Positions 1-12,964 of a stretch of 64,000 nt of DNA are shown here, piece by piece; position 1 is the stretch's first letter; every line of letters starts with the position of its first letter. Position numbers and translations under genes: made by a program. The DNA comes from Callorhinchus milii (Eukaryota). Location: positions 32,676,001 through 32,740,000 of the forward strand of contig NW_024704742.1 in NCBI RefSeq assembly GCF_018977255.1. Direction: 5' to 3'. A model generated the notes under the pieces. The model did not search any database. It was not told where the DNA came from and was given only the letters and a program-made list of their open reading frames with translations.

Positions 1-3000
1 AAACATTTTAAAAAGGTAACATCTGACTTTGAATAGTTAAAATTATCTGTTAAAGTGGTCTATTCTACTGCAGGCCTTCAATTGCCTTTTACAGGCATTT
101 TTAAATTATCTCCTATTAGTTGAGATAACCTGAGACCAGTACAATTTAATCATTAATTACAATGACTGTAGCACTCATGTGATTGACAAAATTGCTAAAA
201 TACAAGTATTGGGTACCTTGGTCTAAAATTGTAAAGGACTCCGCTAATAATTAAAGAACATAGAATTTAAAACATTAAAAAAAATCAAAAATGTGATAAG
301 ACAAAGCTGGAAAGATATTAAGATAAGTGTATGATATAGGATTACTGTACATCAGCATTTATTAAACACTGCCAATGGATGGAATCTCCACTAAATTCTT
401 GTTTTCAAATATATCTTCTACCACTCACATACTAATAGACCTTTGGTACTAAGTATCTATTATGCATTTGTAAGCTTTTACAGTGAGAGTCAGTAACCTA
501 TTAAGTAAGGTTAATGTCTAATGACCACATAGGGATTGTTCATCAAAAATCATTGGAAGTCATTCAGGAGTAGAAATCCTGTTTTTTCACCTCCCATAGA
601 AGTCACATTCAGTACAGCGTCAGCATTCCTACATCAGTTGAGATTAGTTAGTTAGTGCAAACAAGGATCAAACAAACATTGAGACATTATATTTTCTTCC
701 TCTTGCCCTAGTTGGGCCTCATTACACAACATACAAGAGGGTGGAAAATCTGAGCTGCTCCCTGGCCTCTTTCAGTATCACTGGGAGCGCTAAAAAAAAT
801 CAGGAAAACTACAGAGGGCAGGAAAAGAGAGATCAAAGGCACATAATTACTCCATGATGTTGCTGGATTCTCATACTCGTGGCCTCATTCACCCTTATGC
901 AAAGGGTGGTTTCAGAAATCTAAGTGTCATATAATAATAATAATCCTTGCATTTGATATGGTGCCTTATCAGTCTTTGAGACGTCTCAAACATATGAACT
1001 GCTCTCCTGTGACTGCGCAATTTAAACAAAAGTGCCTTCATTTTTTTCGGAAAACAGAAAAGTATTCTTTAGCTAATTTTTATCTCTTAAAACCTTTGCT
1101 AAAATCACAGACCATTATATCAAGACCCAAATTAATAGGGATTGATTTTCAAAAGGAATGGTTAAGAGTACAGTACTAAAGCAGACTTCAGAAAAAAGAA
1201 AGCAATAAAAGAAGCTTAAAGGCAGAAAAAATAGAGGCAAAAGAAAAAAATATATAAATATGTATAGAATAAACTCAAATCAAAATTTCATGAATGCATC
1301 TACATAGTTTAAAAATGTATGGAGAGATTTTTTCTAAATGATTGCTTTGAAGTGTTTGGTTACAAAAAAACTAGAAGATACTGTATAAGAATCATGAGGG
1401 AAACATTGCACAAAGTCTTTCAAAGCAGGAGGAGAAATAAAATAACAAGTATGATTTTTTTTGCGTCAAGTGGCAATTTTGAAATTGTGACAAATTATGT
1501 GCATTAACGGAGTTTGCTGTTCTTCCACACTGTGGGAGAGAGGCATCAAAATTCTGAAATGACAAGTCATTGGAACTGTCAGTTTGGTGACCTTTTCCAT
1601 TTAAAAAAATGGAAAAATAAATACCATTTTTCTTCCCTCCGAATAAACATAATGCACAATCTTGGAGAAGTTTAATTCCTCATCAGTGTACTCACTGCAC
1701 AGTCCTACCGGCCTCTTCATTTTTGCAAATGTTAAGTATAATACAAAATAACTCGATCATTAGAGGAAAGGAAATAAGAGGTTTTTTTTAAAAATAGGAC
1801 TGTACTTAAGCTACAATCATACAATTTAGGACACATACACAACGTAAAGAAACAGCAGTGGTTACAGAATGGATGATATCTCTTCTGAAAAGTACAGGCT
1901 ATAAATACTTTAGCGATGTCTTTGATTTGAGTGGATTGATGAATGGGCAAATTTTATAAAAAATATTTAAGAAGTCAAAGCGATTAAAAACAATCTGTAT
2001 CTGAAGCTACTGCCAATTAATAAATATAAAAATTGTTATTGGAAAGGCATATTTTTTTTTAGGCACAAGATGATTGAACAAGGTGACACAAATCCATTTT
2101 AACAGGGGACAGATGTCAGTGCTGGATAATAGCCATCTCACCAATTGCCCAACCTTCACAAGCAAGCCACAACACGGCGAATGTCAGTGGGATTTTGATT
2201 TGCGGGGCATTATAACTGAACCTGTTCCTAACAATGTGTGTGGGAATTAAAAAGTTTTGTTATATGAATGCTGTAAGTCTCCAGAGACCAACAAATAAAG
2301 TGAGCTTGGATAGGAACACATTCCACGTTTGATGGCTGAAACTATCAGAAATTGATCAGGTTGCAACTACGATGCCATCAAGCCCAGCTTTATGTTCATG
2401 GGTTTCAATAACTTGAAAAACAAGTGTAAAATGCCCCTTAAATGGATTTCCAGGCAAAGAAAAGGTTGCTTGGAATCCCCAAAATGGATGGTGGGAGACA
2501 GAAGGAAGAAAGTTAAGGAAAACATTTTCAAGTTATAAAATAGATTTAAAGTAGCAAAAAATAGGATAAGAAGAAATTAGGACTGAAGAAAAAGGGGCGA
2601 AAAGCTGAGAGAGAAAAGTTAAAAATTTCAATACTTAATTAAAATTGTATTTTAAGGTTGACAATTGGGGTCAGTATTATTATCAATAGTACTATTGATA
2701 TTTCAATGATTATAATAGTAATTGTTTCATCATTACAGAACACAGGCTGAAGTTTCCATGCCAGTCAGCAAGCAGGGACTTCCCTGGATAATCTGGCATT
2801 CAAAAGGTTAAACGTAGCACTGGAAGAAAGAAATGAACTACAAAAACTACTTGGACAGGAGAATCCATCCACTGACAATGTCATTAATACCTGTAAAAAC
2901 AGATTTACTGTCTAGTGAATCAATGGTTCACAGTAGATATCATAAAAAAAATCTACTAGCATGAAAAAATGTTTTCAAAAAAGTGCCATAAGAACAGTTC

Positions 3001-3593
3001 TGACAATTAACTCTATGTGCTTACTCTTAGGGGAAGTGCATGTATTGAGGAAAGAAGTTACAGAACAAAATGTCATCCATGTAGGTTTTATTTTACAGCT
3101 ATCACTTTTATGTTGGGAATTATGGTACAAGCATTTCCTGAACACTGCTGCAGCATTACAAATATGCTGTGGGTTCGTGGATTTCTCTAATTCTACTTTA
3201 AATATACCAACTTGCTATTTGTTTTTGACAGTACAGACGTAATACAACATACGTGTGAAGCAATAAGGCTATTTTTTCAGAAGAATGTATCAAGCTCTCA
3301 ACAGTACAAGAGCAGAATATAAATTCTCATAGTTGAAATATTGCGAATGAATTATGAAACTGGGAAACATTGACCTTGGCCTTCAGGTATCACAAGTCAT
3401 TCTAGTAAACCTTTTTTTTAAAATAGCCTCTAGTGCATTTTCTTCCAGCAAAACTAATGTATGAACTGTTATTTTCACTATTACATTTGAAATAAATATT
3501 CCATGCATCACTTTAATACAGATTGTCAACAGGGTTAGTAAATATTGATTCATATTTTTCCTTATTATGGATGAACGTAATAAATGTACCTAC

Positions 3594-3694
3594 CATTTGC
3601 AGATAAGTGGACATGTCTTGCAAATTCCTTGTCTATCTCACAAAAAGCTTTGGTCAGCACCTTTTCCAGATTCTCCTCTTGTGAGAGACATTGT
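3594..3694 (-). CDS. PPM1K: PPM1K second coding exon (101 nt)
   Basis: Bounded by a TTTAG acceptor and a GTAGGT donor. Phase is compatible with the previous exon (GT+A = Val). Encodes QCLSQEENLEKVLTKAFCEIDKEFARHVHLSAN, similar to human [28 protein letters not shown]. Later exons were not seen and lie left of the window. Confidence 0.95.
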
Positions 3695-5491
3695 CTAAAT
3701 AGGAAATAATAAACATTACTTCTAGTTATAAAATGGTAGTCTGAAATTTTGCTTTCTTTAGACAACATGAATCATAGTTTTACTGAAAAATCCACAGATT
3801 TACGATTTCATCCAGCTACCAGCACAATGTAGCAATAATCATCTTGATTCTAAAAGCAGAATTACATAGAGCATGAAAAATAGAGAGACATTCAAGTCAT
3901 AATTAATTTGTTATTAAAACAAATTTGTCTACTATTAGAAGTCACAATGACAGTTTAATATGTCAAGAGTCAATTTAATTTGGTTCCAAAAAGATCGGCA
4001 GAATCAGGATATACCTAAAAATTTGTTCTCTCGTTGATGGGTCATGCTCTTGAGTTTACATCAACTCAGGGATTCCCCAAGCCTGTGTATTCTCTCACTT
4101 AATTCCTTCTCCACTTTAACAACCCGCTCTTCAACCAATTAATATGCGTTTACATTCATATTGATATTGCCTTCGTTCCTCCGGGTCTGGCCTCCTCCTC
4201 GTCCCCCGAGTCCTCCGCTCCACCCTCGGCGGCCGTGCCTTCAGCCACTATGCTCCGAGGCTCTGGAACTGCCTTCCTCACTCTTCATCTCGCTCTCTCC
4301 CTTCCCATTTTCAGGTCTCTGCTGAAGACCTTTCTTTTCGACCGTGTCTTTGGTCACCTTCCTCCCCCTCCCCCTGGCTCGGTCCCGGGATCTGTTATTG
4401 TAAAGCGCTCTGAGACACCGTCCGGCGTGGAGGGTGCTATATAAATCCAAGTTGTTGTGTTGATATTACTTCTCACATGTCAAAAGTAAACACAACTTGA
4501 TTCCTTCCAAGTACAAAGGTTGCATCAGAAGATCTTTTCGATCCACCTTGACCTTTGAATGGGACAATGGTAAGCTGAGTTCTTCATACCTGTATTTTTC
4601 ATGCCTCTCACAAATGTAAAGTTGTTAACTATTGCTTTTAATGGCTATCTTCATTGTTCAGAAGCTAATCTGGACCTCACTATTTTATCCAAAGTGCAAT
4701 TCTCACATCTCAATTTCTAAAGAAGTTTGCTTGCCCCTTTTGTATCAATTTGTTTTTTCGATAAAAATACCTGATTTCCACACAACCTTTCAATGGCTGA
4801 TTTAATATATAAAAAGTAGGTAGTTAACTAGTACAGGGCACACAATTTTAAAATACACCTAACACATAGGCAAGTAAAAACGATCTTATTAACTTTCATA
4901 CCCTTAGAGTGTTATCTCAAGACAACTAATCCAATCAACTATAAGCTAAAAATTGGTGATTTATGGAGAAGGATACAATACCTTGCACTTTTAGGACCTT
5001 CCATGTGAGTGTCTCAGAGAAGGGAGATGAGGAATAGGAGAGGACTAAGGATGGAGCCCTTGGAGGTGACTGTGTTAGCATGAGATAACTAGTTATTGAA
5101 GAAGCTGTAGTGATCACGTTGAGACAGGAAGGATTGGAATCATGAAAGTGCAGTAGACCATGGTGCCTAGCCTATGAAGAAGGTTTTTTTTGGTCAGTTG
5201 CTGTCTGACACATGTGAAAATCTATCGCCATGCTTAAGAACACCAAACCACACTGGGAGTTCGCCATATATATATATATATGACACCTACAAATGGAAAT
5301 TTCGCTGTGGCTGATTTAATATATAAAAAGTAGGTAGTTAACTATTACAGGGCACACAATTTTAAAATATACCTAACACATAGGCAAGTAAAAACTATCT
5401 TATTAACTTTCATACCTTTAGAGTGTTATCTCAAGACAACTCTAATCCAATCATCTATAAGCTAAAAATTGGTGATTTGAGAGGTACGTAC

Positions 5492-5931
5492 ACAATGTAC
5501 TTTGCCATGTGCTTATCACAAAAATCTGCTGCTGCTGGTCCACCATGTCCATCATACACTGCAAAATACAGGACGTTCTCAGTCAGCACTCCAACTCTGA
5601 AACGGTCCTCATTCTCTTTCCGCTGACCAATCTGAGTAGTGCATCCAACGTTACTCAAGCTAACGTTTGGAATCGGTTTGCCATATTTTATGCTTGGTGG
5701 AAGTAGAATTGGCTCATCAATGCGGTTGTCCCAGATGCCAAAAGAATCCCAGGTTGTTTGACGACCACCACCTTCTACGTCAAAACGTGAAGCCCTGCGA
5801 TCACTGGTGGAACTGTGGTAGATAAATACCACACGCTTGTCGTCCTGAAGCAGCCTTGAAGTCAGCAATGCTCTTCTTCTCACTTGAGAACCACCATATC
5901 TGCATAAGGTGATTAGTGCAGCTGTTGACAT
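5492..5931 (-). CDS. PPM1K: PPM1K first coding exon (mitochondrial targeting peptide and start of PP2C domain)
   Basis: Translates [31 protein letters not shown]...[28 protein letters not shown]...[12 protein letters not shown]...[22 protein letters not shown], closely matching vertebrate PPM1K and including the PP2C motifs NEDR and DGHGG. ATG is at 5931. The 440 coding nt are followed by a GTACGT donor at 5491. A probable acceptor TTTCAG would start the exon at about 6002. Confidence 0.97.
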
Positions 5932-6684
5932 AACTTTATCCACAAAGATCAGAGGGATGAAGCTCGGTACAAACAAAATAATGATCCTTCCCAATTTATA
6001 AGCTGAAAGTCTAAAGAATGCAGCAGTTTGCAATTTAGATTTTCTGTAAGAAAAATGTAAAAGGATAGATTTAGAAGAAAAATACTTTATACTGCTCATT
6101 TCTAATTTCAAGTATCACAATATGCTTTGTTGATTTTTTTTGACACCAACTGAAACACAGGAACAATATTAGTGAAACCAGATACAGTAGTTACTATATA
6201 GCTTTTAGAAAACAGAGTCGCTGTAAAGATGGAAAGAAAACATCTGCTTAGCATAGATACTTAGGTACAGGTAGTTGTGGGATAAAACACCACTTCAGGA
6301 TTTTGAACTCGTATAGTCTCAGCTAACGCTCCAATGCAGAGCACTGCATTGCTAGAGGTGCTGTCCTTCAGATAAGGTGAACAGGTAGATGGGAGCTCAG
6401 TTTGACTTTGAAGATCCCACTAAAAATTCTATTCAAAAGAGAAGGCACTTTCTCTAGGTTTTTCTGACAAACAATCTTCCAGATACAATTGGTCATTCAC
6501 TTTATGGCCATTCGCTGAACATTGTTGTGTGCAAATTGGCTGCTCCATTAGTCAACTTGTTTATCAGCATAAAGGTGTTTTGCACGTTTTATGTTACGTT
6601 TATCTCATAAAAGTATTAAACAACTTGTCAAGTGGCGCTTTCTGCAAAAACATGGCACAGGAGTAATGTACAATAATATTCATC

Positions 6685-6960
6685 CTTATGTTTGGGATAG
6701 GACCTTTCACATGAGGAGGATATCTCAAAGCACTTCACTTGATGTGCTGTAAAGTGGTGTGACTATTTTGTGGGCGAACATAGCACCCAATTTGCACACA
6801 GCAATGTCCCACAAACAGTCAAGACGTGAATGACCAATTTTATTAGGGGATTGTTGGCCAGGACACGTTTCTTTTTGAATAGCGCCATGGGATTTTTAAT
6901 GTCCATCTGAACAGGCAGACGGGACTTGATCTAACATCTCATCTGAAGGACGGCACCTGC
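6685..6960 (-). mobile_element. Deu-domain SINE
   Basis: Reverse complement of the Deu core (TTGGCCAGGACAC...GCCATGGGATTTTTAATGTCC). A second, older plus-strand copy lies at about 6270-6560. Confidence 0.7.
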
Positions 6961-7529
6961 AATAATAATAATCCTTGCATTTGATATAGCGGCTTAGCAC
7001 ATCGTTGAGACGTCTCAAAGCGCTTCACAGAATATACTGTAAAGTGGATTGACTGTGTATTTTTAAAATGAAACACAGCAGCCAACTCCACTGTGAAGAA
7101 ACGGTACAATTTTGCTAAGCAAAGCTTATTGTCAGTAAAACTTGCCATTTTCCTACTATTCATCATTCTTTTACCTACTACATTTGTGTAGTATTATGTA
7201 TGTACATATCACCCACACATTGCACAATTATAAGATTCGTATAGCAAAGTTAAAAAGTTAATATTTTCATAAAAAAGGAGCTGGTGTGATTGCTAATATA
7301 TTTTTGTCCTCATTTTTTGGAGACTGAAGAGTAATTTCCCAGTTTTATGATCAGCTCAGGTCAGTCTGAGCTTAATTGTTTATGTCTACATAATCGGTGT
7401 ATGCCCGAGAATAACCCTGCAATGATCTGTGATTTATCGCAACCAATAAAGGCGCTACTGTGAGGTCATTCAATAAAGATTAGCTAAACAACATTCAGAA
7501 ATTGGTGATAGAGGTCATAGGCAGCAACG

Positions 7530-8165
7530 CAACAAGATTACATTTGTATAGCGCCTTTCATGTCGGGAGGACATGCCAAGGCGCTGAACAGAGTACAGCA
7601 TTTCAGACCTGAGCTGGGATCGGGGGGCGGGGGGGAGAAGGGAGGGGAGTGGAAGGGGGTTGACCGAAGGCATGGTCGAAGAGGAGGGTTTTGAGGCGGG
7701 ACTTGAAGGAGGCTAAGGAGTGGGTGAGGTGGAGTGGTTGGAGATGGAATTCCAGAGGTTGGGAGCAGAGTGGCTGAAGGCTCTCCCGCCAATGGTGGGA
7801 CGGGTGGGTCGGGGGTCGTGGAGCAGGTCAGAGCCGGCTGAGTGGAAGGAGTGGACAGGTTGGTAGGGGGTTAGGAGGTCGCAGAGGTAGGGTGGGGCGA
7901 GGCCATGGAGGGCTTTGTATGTGAGGACCAGGATCTTGAACTGGATCCTCTGAAGGATAGGGAGCCAATGGAGTCGGGCGAGAATGGCGGAGATGGGGTC
8001 ACGGAGTTTGGTTCGGGAGAGGACACGGGCTGCAGAGTTCTGGATTATCTGCAGCCTGTGGAGGGAGGAGTTGGGAAGGTCGACAAGCAGGGGGTTTGCA
8101 TAGTCGAGCCTGGAGTGATGAAGGCATGAACAAGAGTTTCAGTGGTCTGCGGCTGCAAGAGAGGA
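7530..8165 (-). mobile_element. L2-clade LINE 3' fragment
   Basis: Same family as the 19043 and 62770 copies. Confidence 0.88.
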
Positions 8166-9117
8166 ATGTGTGTGGAATAAGCAAACTTGACTAAGGCTTC
8201 GCCCTGCCCAGGAATCGAATGCGGGTCCACTCGCTTGCGAGGAGATGTCCTGATTTAATCTAAACCTGAAGTACTAATAGGCCAATACACACTAAATTTT
8301 CATTTTTACAACATTCAGTAATGAAACAATGCTTCTGTGCACCTCTCACTGAATCACGTGGACAGCAGCACTGTGAGGTCTCGGAACAAGTAAAATAAAA
8401 CAAATATCAACCTCCTGCAAAATCAAAATAAAACTGAGTTCACTATCGAGACATGTAATTTTGGAAGAGTGTTAAATGGCTGAGGTGCCAATTTTTGAAT
8501 GAGTCATTAAAGGTTTCACATTTCCATTAACAACATTTCTACTTCTAGGAGTAACTATTTCTAATTGTTGCAGCGTAGTTGAATGAGAATTAAATAATTA
8601 TGGACAGTTTAAACAGTTTATCCTGTGGATGACTGCCCCTTTTAACTAGGTGAAGCCATCTTTTAGTCAGACAAAAGACGGTTTATACTCCGATGAATCT
8701 TCACCCACTCCTTACTCCATTCTACAGGGTGACCAAAAAGTCATGATACCAATTATTTGAATAATAATCACTAAACATATATATATATATAATTTCTTTA
8801 AGCCTATTTAGACATTGTGATGGTGTCAGAAATTTTTGGTCACCCTGTATTTCCTTCTCCCTCATGTGTATATCTAGCTTCTTCTTAAATGTTTCTATAC
8901 GAACTGCTTCAACTACCGTTTTGGGCATCAAATTCGACATCTCACTTCATTTATAATTCATTGCATTCTGTAAAGCACCCTGAGATGTTACTTTCACATG
9001 AGAACTACACGCAGAACATTATGTAGAATGATACAGAAAAACTTTGGTGCTTTTTGCTTCAACCAAGCTTCTGGCAGCGAGTTCCACATTTTCACCACCC
9101 TCTGTGTGAAGAAGCTC

Positions 9118-10797
9118 AACAAAATGACATTTATAGAGCACCTTTCGCATTGGGAGGACGTCCCAAAGCGCTGAACATTCCAGGGGTTGGGACCCGAGCA
9201 TGGAGTGGGGAGGTGTAGGGGTGAGGGAAGGCAGAGAGGTGGGAGGGCGACCAAGGGCACGATCGAAGAAAAGGGGCTTGAGATCGGCCTTGAAGGAGGC
9301 AAAGGAGGACGCGAGGCGAAGGGACTGTTGGATGGAGTTCCAGAGTGTGGGGGCAGAGACGCTGAAAGCTCAGCCAGCGATGGGAGGGCAGGTCAGGCGG
9401 AGACATGGAGCAGACCGGAGCCCGCTGAATGGAGGGAGCGGGCAGGTTAGTAGGGAGTCAGCAGGTCAGAGAGGTAGGAGGGGGCAAGGCCATAGATGGC
9501 CTTGAAAGTGAGGACGAGGATCTTGAATTCGATCCTCTGAGGGTTGGGGTGCCAGTGGAGTCGCGCGAGGGTGGGAGTGATGGGGTCACGGAGCCTGGTG
9601 CGCAAGAGTAAAGGAGCTGCGGAGTTGCGGAGGCGCTGGCGCGAGCCAATCAAGAGGGCCTCGGTCTTGCTGACTTTGAGTTGGAGAAAGTTGTCCCTCG
9701 TCCAGGACTTGATGTCGGACAGGCAGTCATTCAGGACGCCAGCAGTGCTGGAGTTGAGGGTGGAGGCAGAGAGATAGAGTTGGATATCATCCACATACAT
9801 GTGGAAATTTACCCCATGTCTGCGGATGATGTCACCAAGGGGAAGCATGTAGAGGGTGAAGAGGAGGGGACCGAGGACAGAGCCCTGAGGAACACCGCAC
9901 GAGACAGGGCGGGGGCTGGAGGAGAAGCCGTTTGCTGCGACAAAGTGGAGGCAGTGTGAAAGGTAGGACCTGAACCAGTCAAGCACAGAACCTTGAAGAT
10001 TGAGGTGGGAGATGTGGAGGAGGATTAATGGTCCACAGTGTCAAAGGTGGTAGAGAGATTGAGGAGGACGAGGAGGCAGAGGGAGCCCTGATCGCACATG
10101 GTCAGGATGTCGTTTGTGACCTTGACCAGAGCAGTTTCCTTGCTGTGGGCAGCACGGAAACCCGTTTGGAGGGGTTCATAGAGGGAATGGGAGGAGAGGA
10201 AAGAGTGAAGCTGGGAGGCAACGGCTCTCTCAAGGACCTTGGACAGGAAAGGGAGGTTTGAGATAGGCCAGTAGCTGGATAGCTGTGATGGGTCAAGGGA
10301 AGGTCTCTTCAATGTGGGAGTGATGGTGGATGTTTTGAGGGGGAGGGAACAGTGCCAGATGACAGGGAAAGATTGATGATGTCAGCAAGTAATGGGGCAA
10401 GGAGGTGGAGCTGGGATTTAAGGAGAGGGGTGGGGATGGGGTCCAGGGAGCAGGTGATGGGCTTCATGGAGGATATGGTGGTGAAGACAGAGGAGGGGGT
10501 GACAATTTCAAAGGTGTGGAAGAAGGGATGGGTAATTGTCGGAGTGTGGGTGGGGGGTAGGGAGGGGGTGGAAGTTGGGAGGGCAGTGGCAGCTGAACGG
10601 ATTCCTCGATTTTGGACTCGAGGAAGTCCAGCATTTTCTCGCAGTGGGAGTCAGAGGAAAGAATCTGCGAGGCGTGGCGGGGAGGGTGGAGGAGCTGGTT
10701 GGTGATGGAGAACAGGAGCCTGGGGTTGCCCTTCACCTCCAGGATTAATCTGGAATAGAAGGACGGTTTGGCTGAGGCAAGAGCGGAGTGGTAGGTT
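9118..10797 (-). mobile_element. L2-clade LINE, 5'-truncated, decayed reverse transcriptase
   Basis: ORF pieces PISNLPFLSKVLER, ETALVKVTNDIL, GVPQGSVLGPLLFTLY, MYVDDIQLY, LHWHP..RIEFKIL, with frameshifts and an internal deletion. Confidence 0.93.
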
Positions 10798-12110
10798 TTG
10801 TTGAGGTCCAGCCAAAAACTCGCTATCAGATCTATGACTGGCTATCGTATATTCCACCAGCGAGTGAAAACTGCCTGTCAACACCGTATCATTATCAAAT
10901 CATTTCATAATCTTAAGCTCCTCTCTCAGGTCTCCTCTCAATTTTCCTCGTCTGCAGAAATGCTTTTGGTCACCTGGGTGCCTGACACAGGCGGAAATAC
11001 ATCACCAAAAAACACCAGAGTGCTCCAACCAAACAGAGTTGCATGCATCCCACCTATACAAGGAGGTGCATTTCCTGAGAGAGCTCAAACTATCAACTCA
11101 TCTCTGGTAATATTCAGTGCACAAAAACAGCAACTTGCATTTATATAGCACACATCACACGGAGTAGCATCACGGATGCAGGAGTGGATGAAGGAGGAGA
11201 GCCGACAGAAGAGGATATCATGACCAACTACGTTCACCAAAGGCAGCACGCAGGAGGACAGCATTGAGAGGATGAGGAAGTTGGGGGGTGGGGGGTCGCT
11301 AAGATAAGTAATCTGTGAGACTTTAATGCTGCGGGAAAAGGCGGAACCGGGTCTGGAGGGGCTCGAGCAGGGAGGAGCGAAGGTGGGTAACAACAAATTG
11401 CATTTATCTAGTAGCGGGCCTTTCAGGGTGGGAGGACGTCCAAACGAGGTGCTCTAGCACTTTACAGGTACTACTACTACTACTAATAATAATAATAGCA
11501 TTCCTTGCATTTGACATAGCGTCTTATCAGGTCGTTGAGACTTCTCAAAAACTCTTCACAGGATATACTGTAAAGTAGATTGACTGTGTATTTTGTGGGG
11601 GAAAACGCAGTAGCCAATTGCACAATTAAATTAAAGGTAATCTTGATTCCTCCCCTTCCTACATTGAAATAATAATAAGGTGGGAGGTGACAAAAGCATG
11701 GATAAGGCGTGGCCAGCAATGTTAGGTTTGAGGTATCTGTGACGGAGAGGGAGGAAAGGGACTTGATGTGGGGTAGGGTTGACAATTGGGGTTTAAACCC
11801 AATGTCTAAATTGTACACATGTTTAGCGAGTCTCAGGGATAGGCCGGGAAGGTTAAAGAAGTCAGAGCGGCAGATGAGAAGAGTGTTGACGGGAGCCAAA
11901 AAAGAATAGCTTCCGTCTTGTGCATATTCAGCTATAGAAAGTTAGCACTCATCTAAGACTTGAGACTGATAAGCAAGCAGACACACATCAGTGGACTTGG
12001 GGTCACAACTGAAGGAGGAAGAGTAGATTTGGGCATCATCCGCACACATATGGAAGTTGATGTTTGCAGCTGTCGATGTCTGCAGATGACATCACCAAGA
12101 GGCAGCACAT

Positions 12111-12408
12111 AATATAATAATCCTTGCATTTGATATAGCGCTTTTCACGTCTTCTCGACGTCTCAAAGCGCTTCACAGAATAGACTGTATATTTGTGGGC
12201 GAAACGCGGCAGTCATTGCGCACAGCATTGTCCCACAAACAGTCGTGGATTGAAATGACCAATTTATTATTGTTTTTGGTTTTGGAGGGATTATTATTAG
12301 GCTCTGTGTGGAGTAAGGAAACTTGCCCAAGGTTTCGCCCTGTCTGGAATTGAACTCAGGTGTCTCGCGTGCAAGGCGAGTGCTCTAACCACTGAGCTAC
12401 AGGACTCC
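12111..12408 (-). mobile_element. tRNA-derived SINE (short variant), full length
   Basis: Reverse-complement match to 12587-12909. Confidence 0.9.
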
Positions 12409-12586
12409 ATAAATGAGGAAAAGGAGGGGCGCCAAGAATAGAGCCTTAGGATACTTTGCAGGTGACTGTTTGGGACCTGGAGGTGAAACCGGTGGAGGAG
12501 ACGAGAGGATACTCAAGTCAGTCTTGAAGCAGGAGAGCGGATGAGGGAGGAGAGGCGAGAGAAGAGGATATCACGAACAGGACTAC

Positions 12587-12909
12587 GGAGTCCTGTAGCT
12601 CAGTGGTTAGAGCACTCGCTTTGCAAGTGAGAGACCTGAGTTCAATTCCAGGCAGAGGGCGAAACCTTGGGCAAGTTTCCTTACTCCACACAGAGCCTAA
12701 TAATAATCCCTCCAAAACCAAAAACAATAATAAATTGGTCATTTTCAATCCACGACTGTTTGTGGGACATTGCTGTGCGCAATTGGCTGCCGCGTTCGCC
12801 CACAAATATACAGTCAATTCACTTTACAGTATATTCTGTGAAGCGCTTTGGGACATCCTCCCGACGTGAAAAGCGCTATATCAAATGCAAGGATTATTAT
12901 TATTATTAT
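12587..12909 (+). mobile_element. tRNA-derived SINE (short variant), full length
   Basis: tRNA-like head GGAGTCCTGTAGCTCAGTGGTTAGAGC (A box) and GAGTTCAATTCC (B box), L2-like tail, (TTA)n end. Confidence 0.9.
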
Positions 12910-12964
12910 AACTGCGTTCGCCGAAGGCAGCACGCAGGAGGTCAGCATCGAGAGGATGAGGAAG

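Noticed and set aside
2775..2784. GGGACTTCCC NF-kB-like site
   Set aside because: A single 10-mer with no supporting context; a degenerate match like this can occur by chance.
5932..6111. 60-codon N-terminal extension of the PPM1K ORF
   Set aside because: It starts at a non-ATG codon and crosses the probable splice acceptor. Homology begins at MSTAAL (5931).
9447..9986. Reverse transcriptase ORFs as an active element or novel RT system
   Set aside because: All RT pieces in the window are truncated, frameshifted L2 or CR1 relics.
12587..12660. Apparent tRNA-Ala(TGC) gene
   Set aside because: It is the head of a multi-copy SINE and continues into the SINE body and tail.
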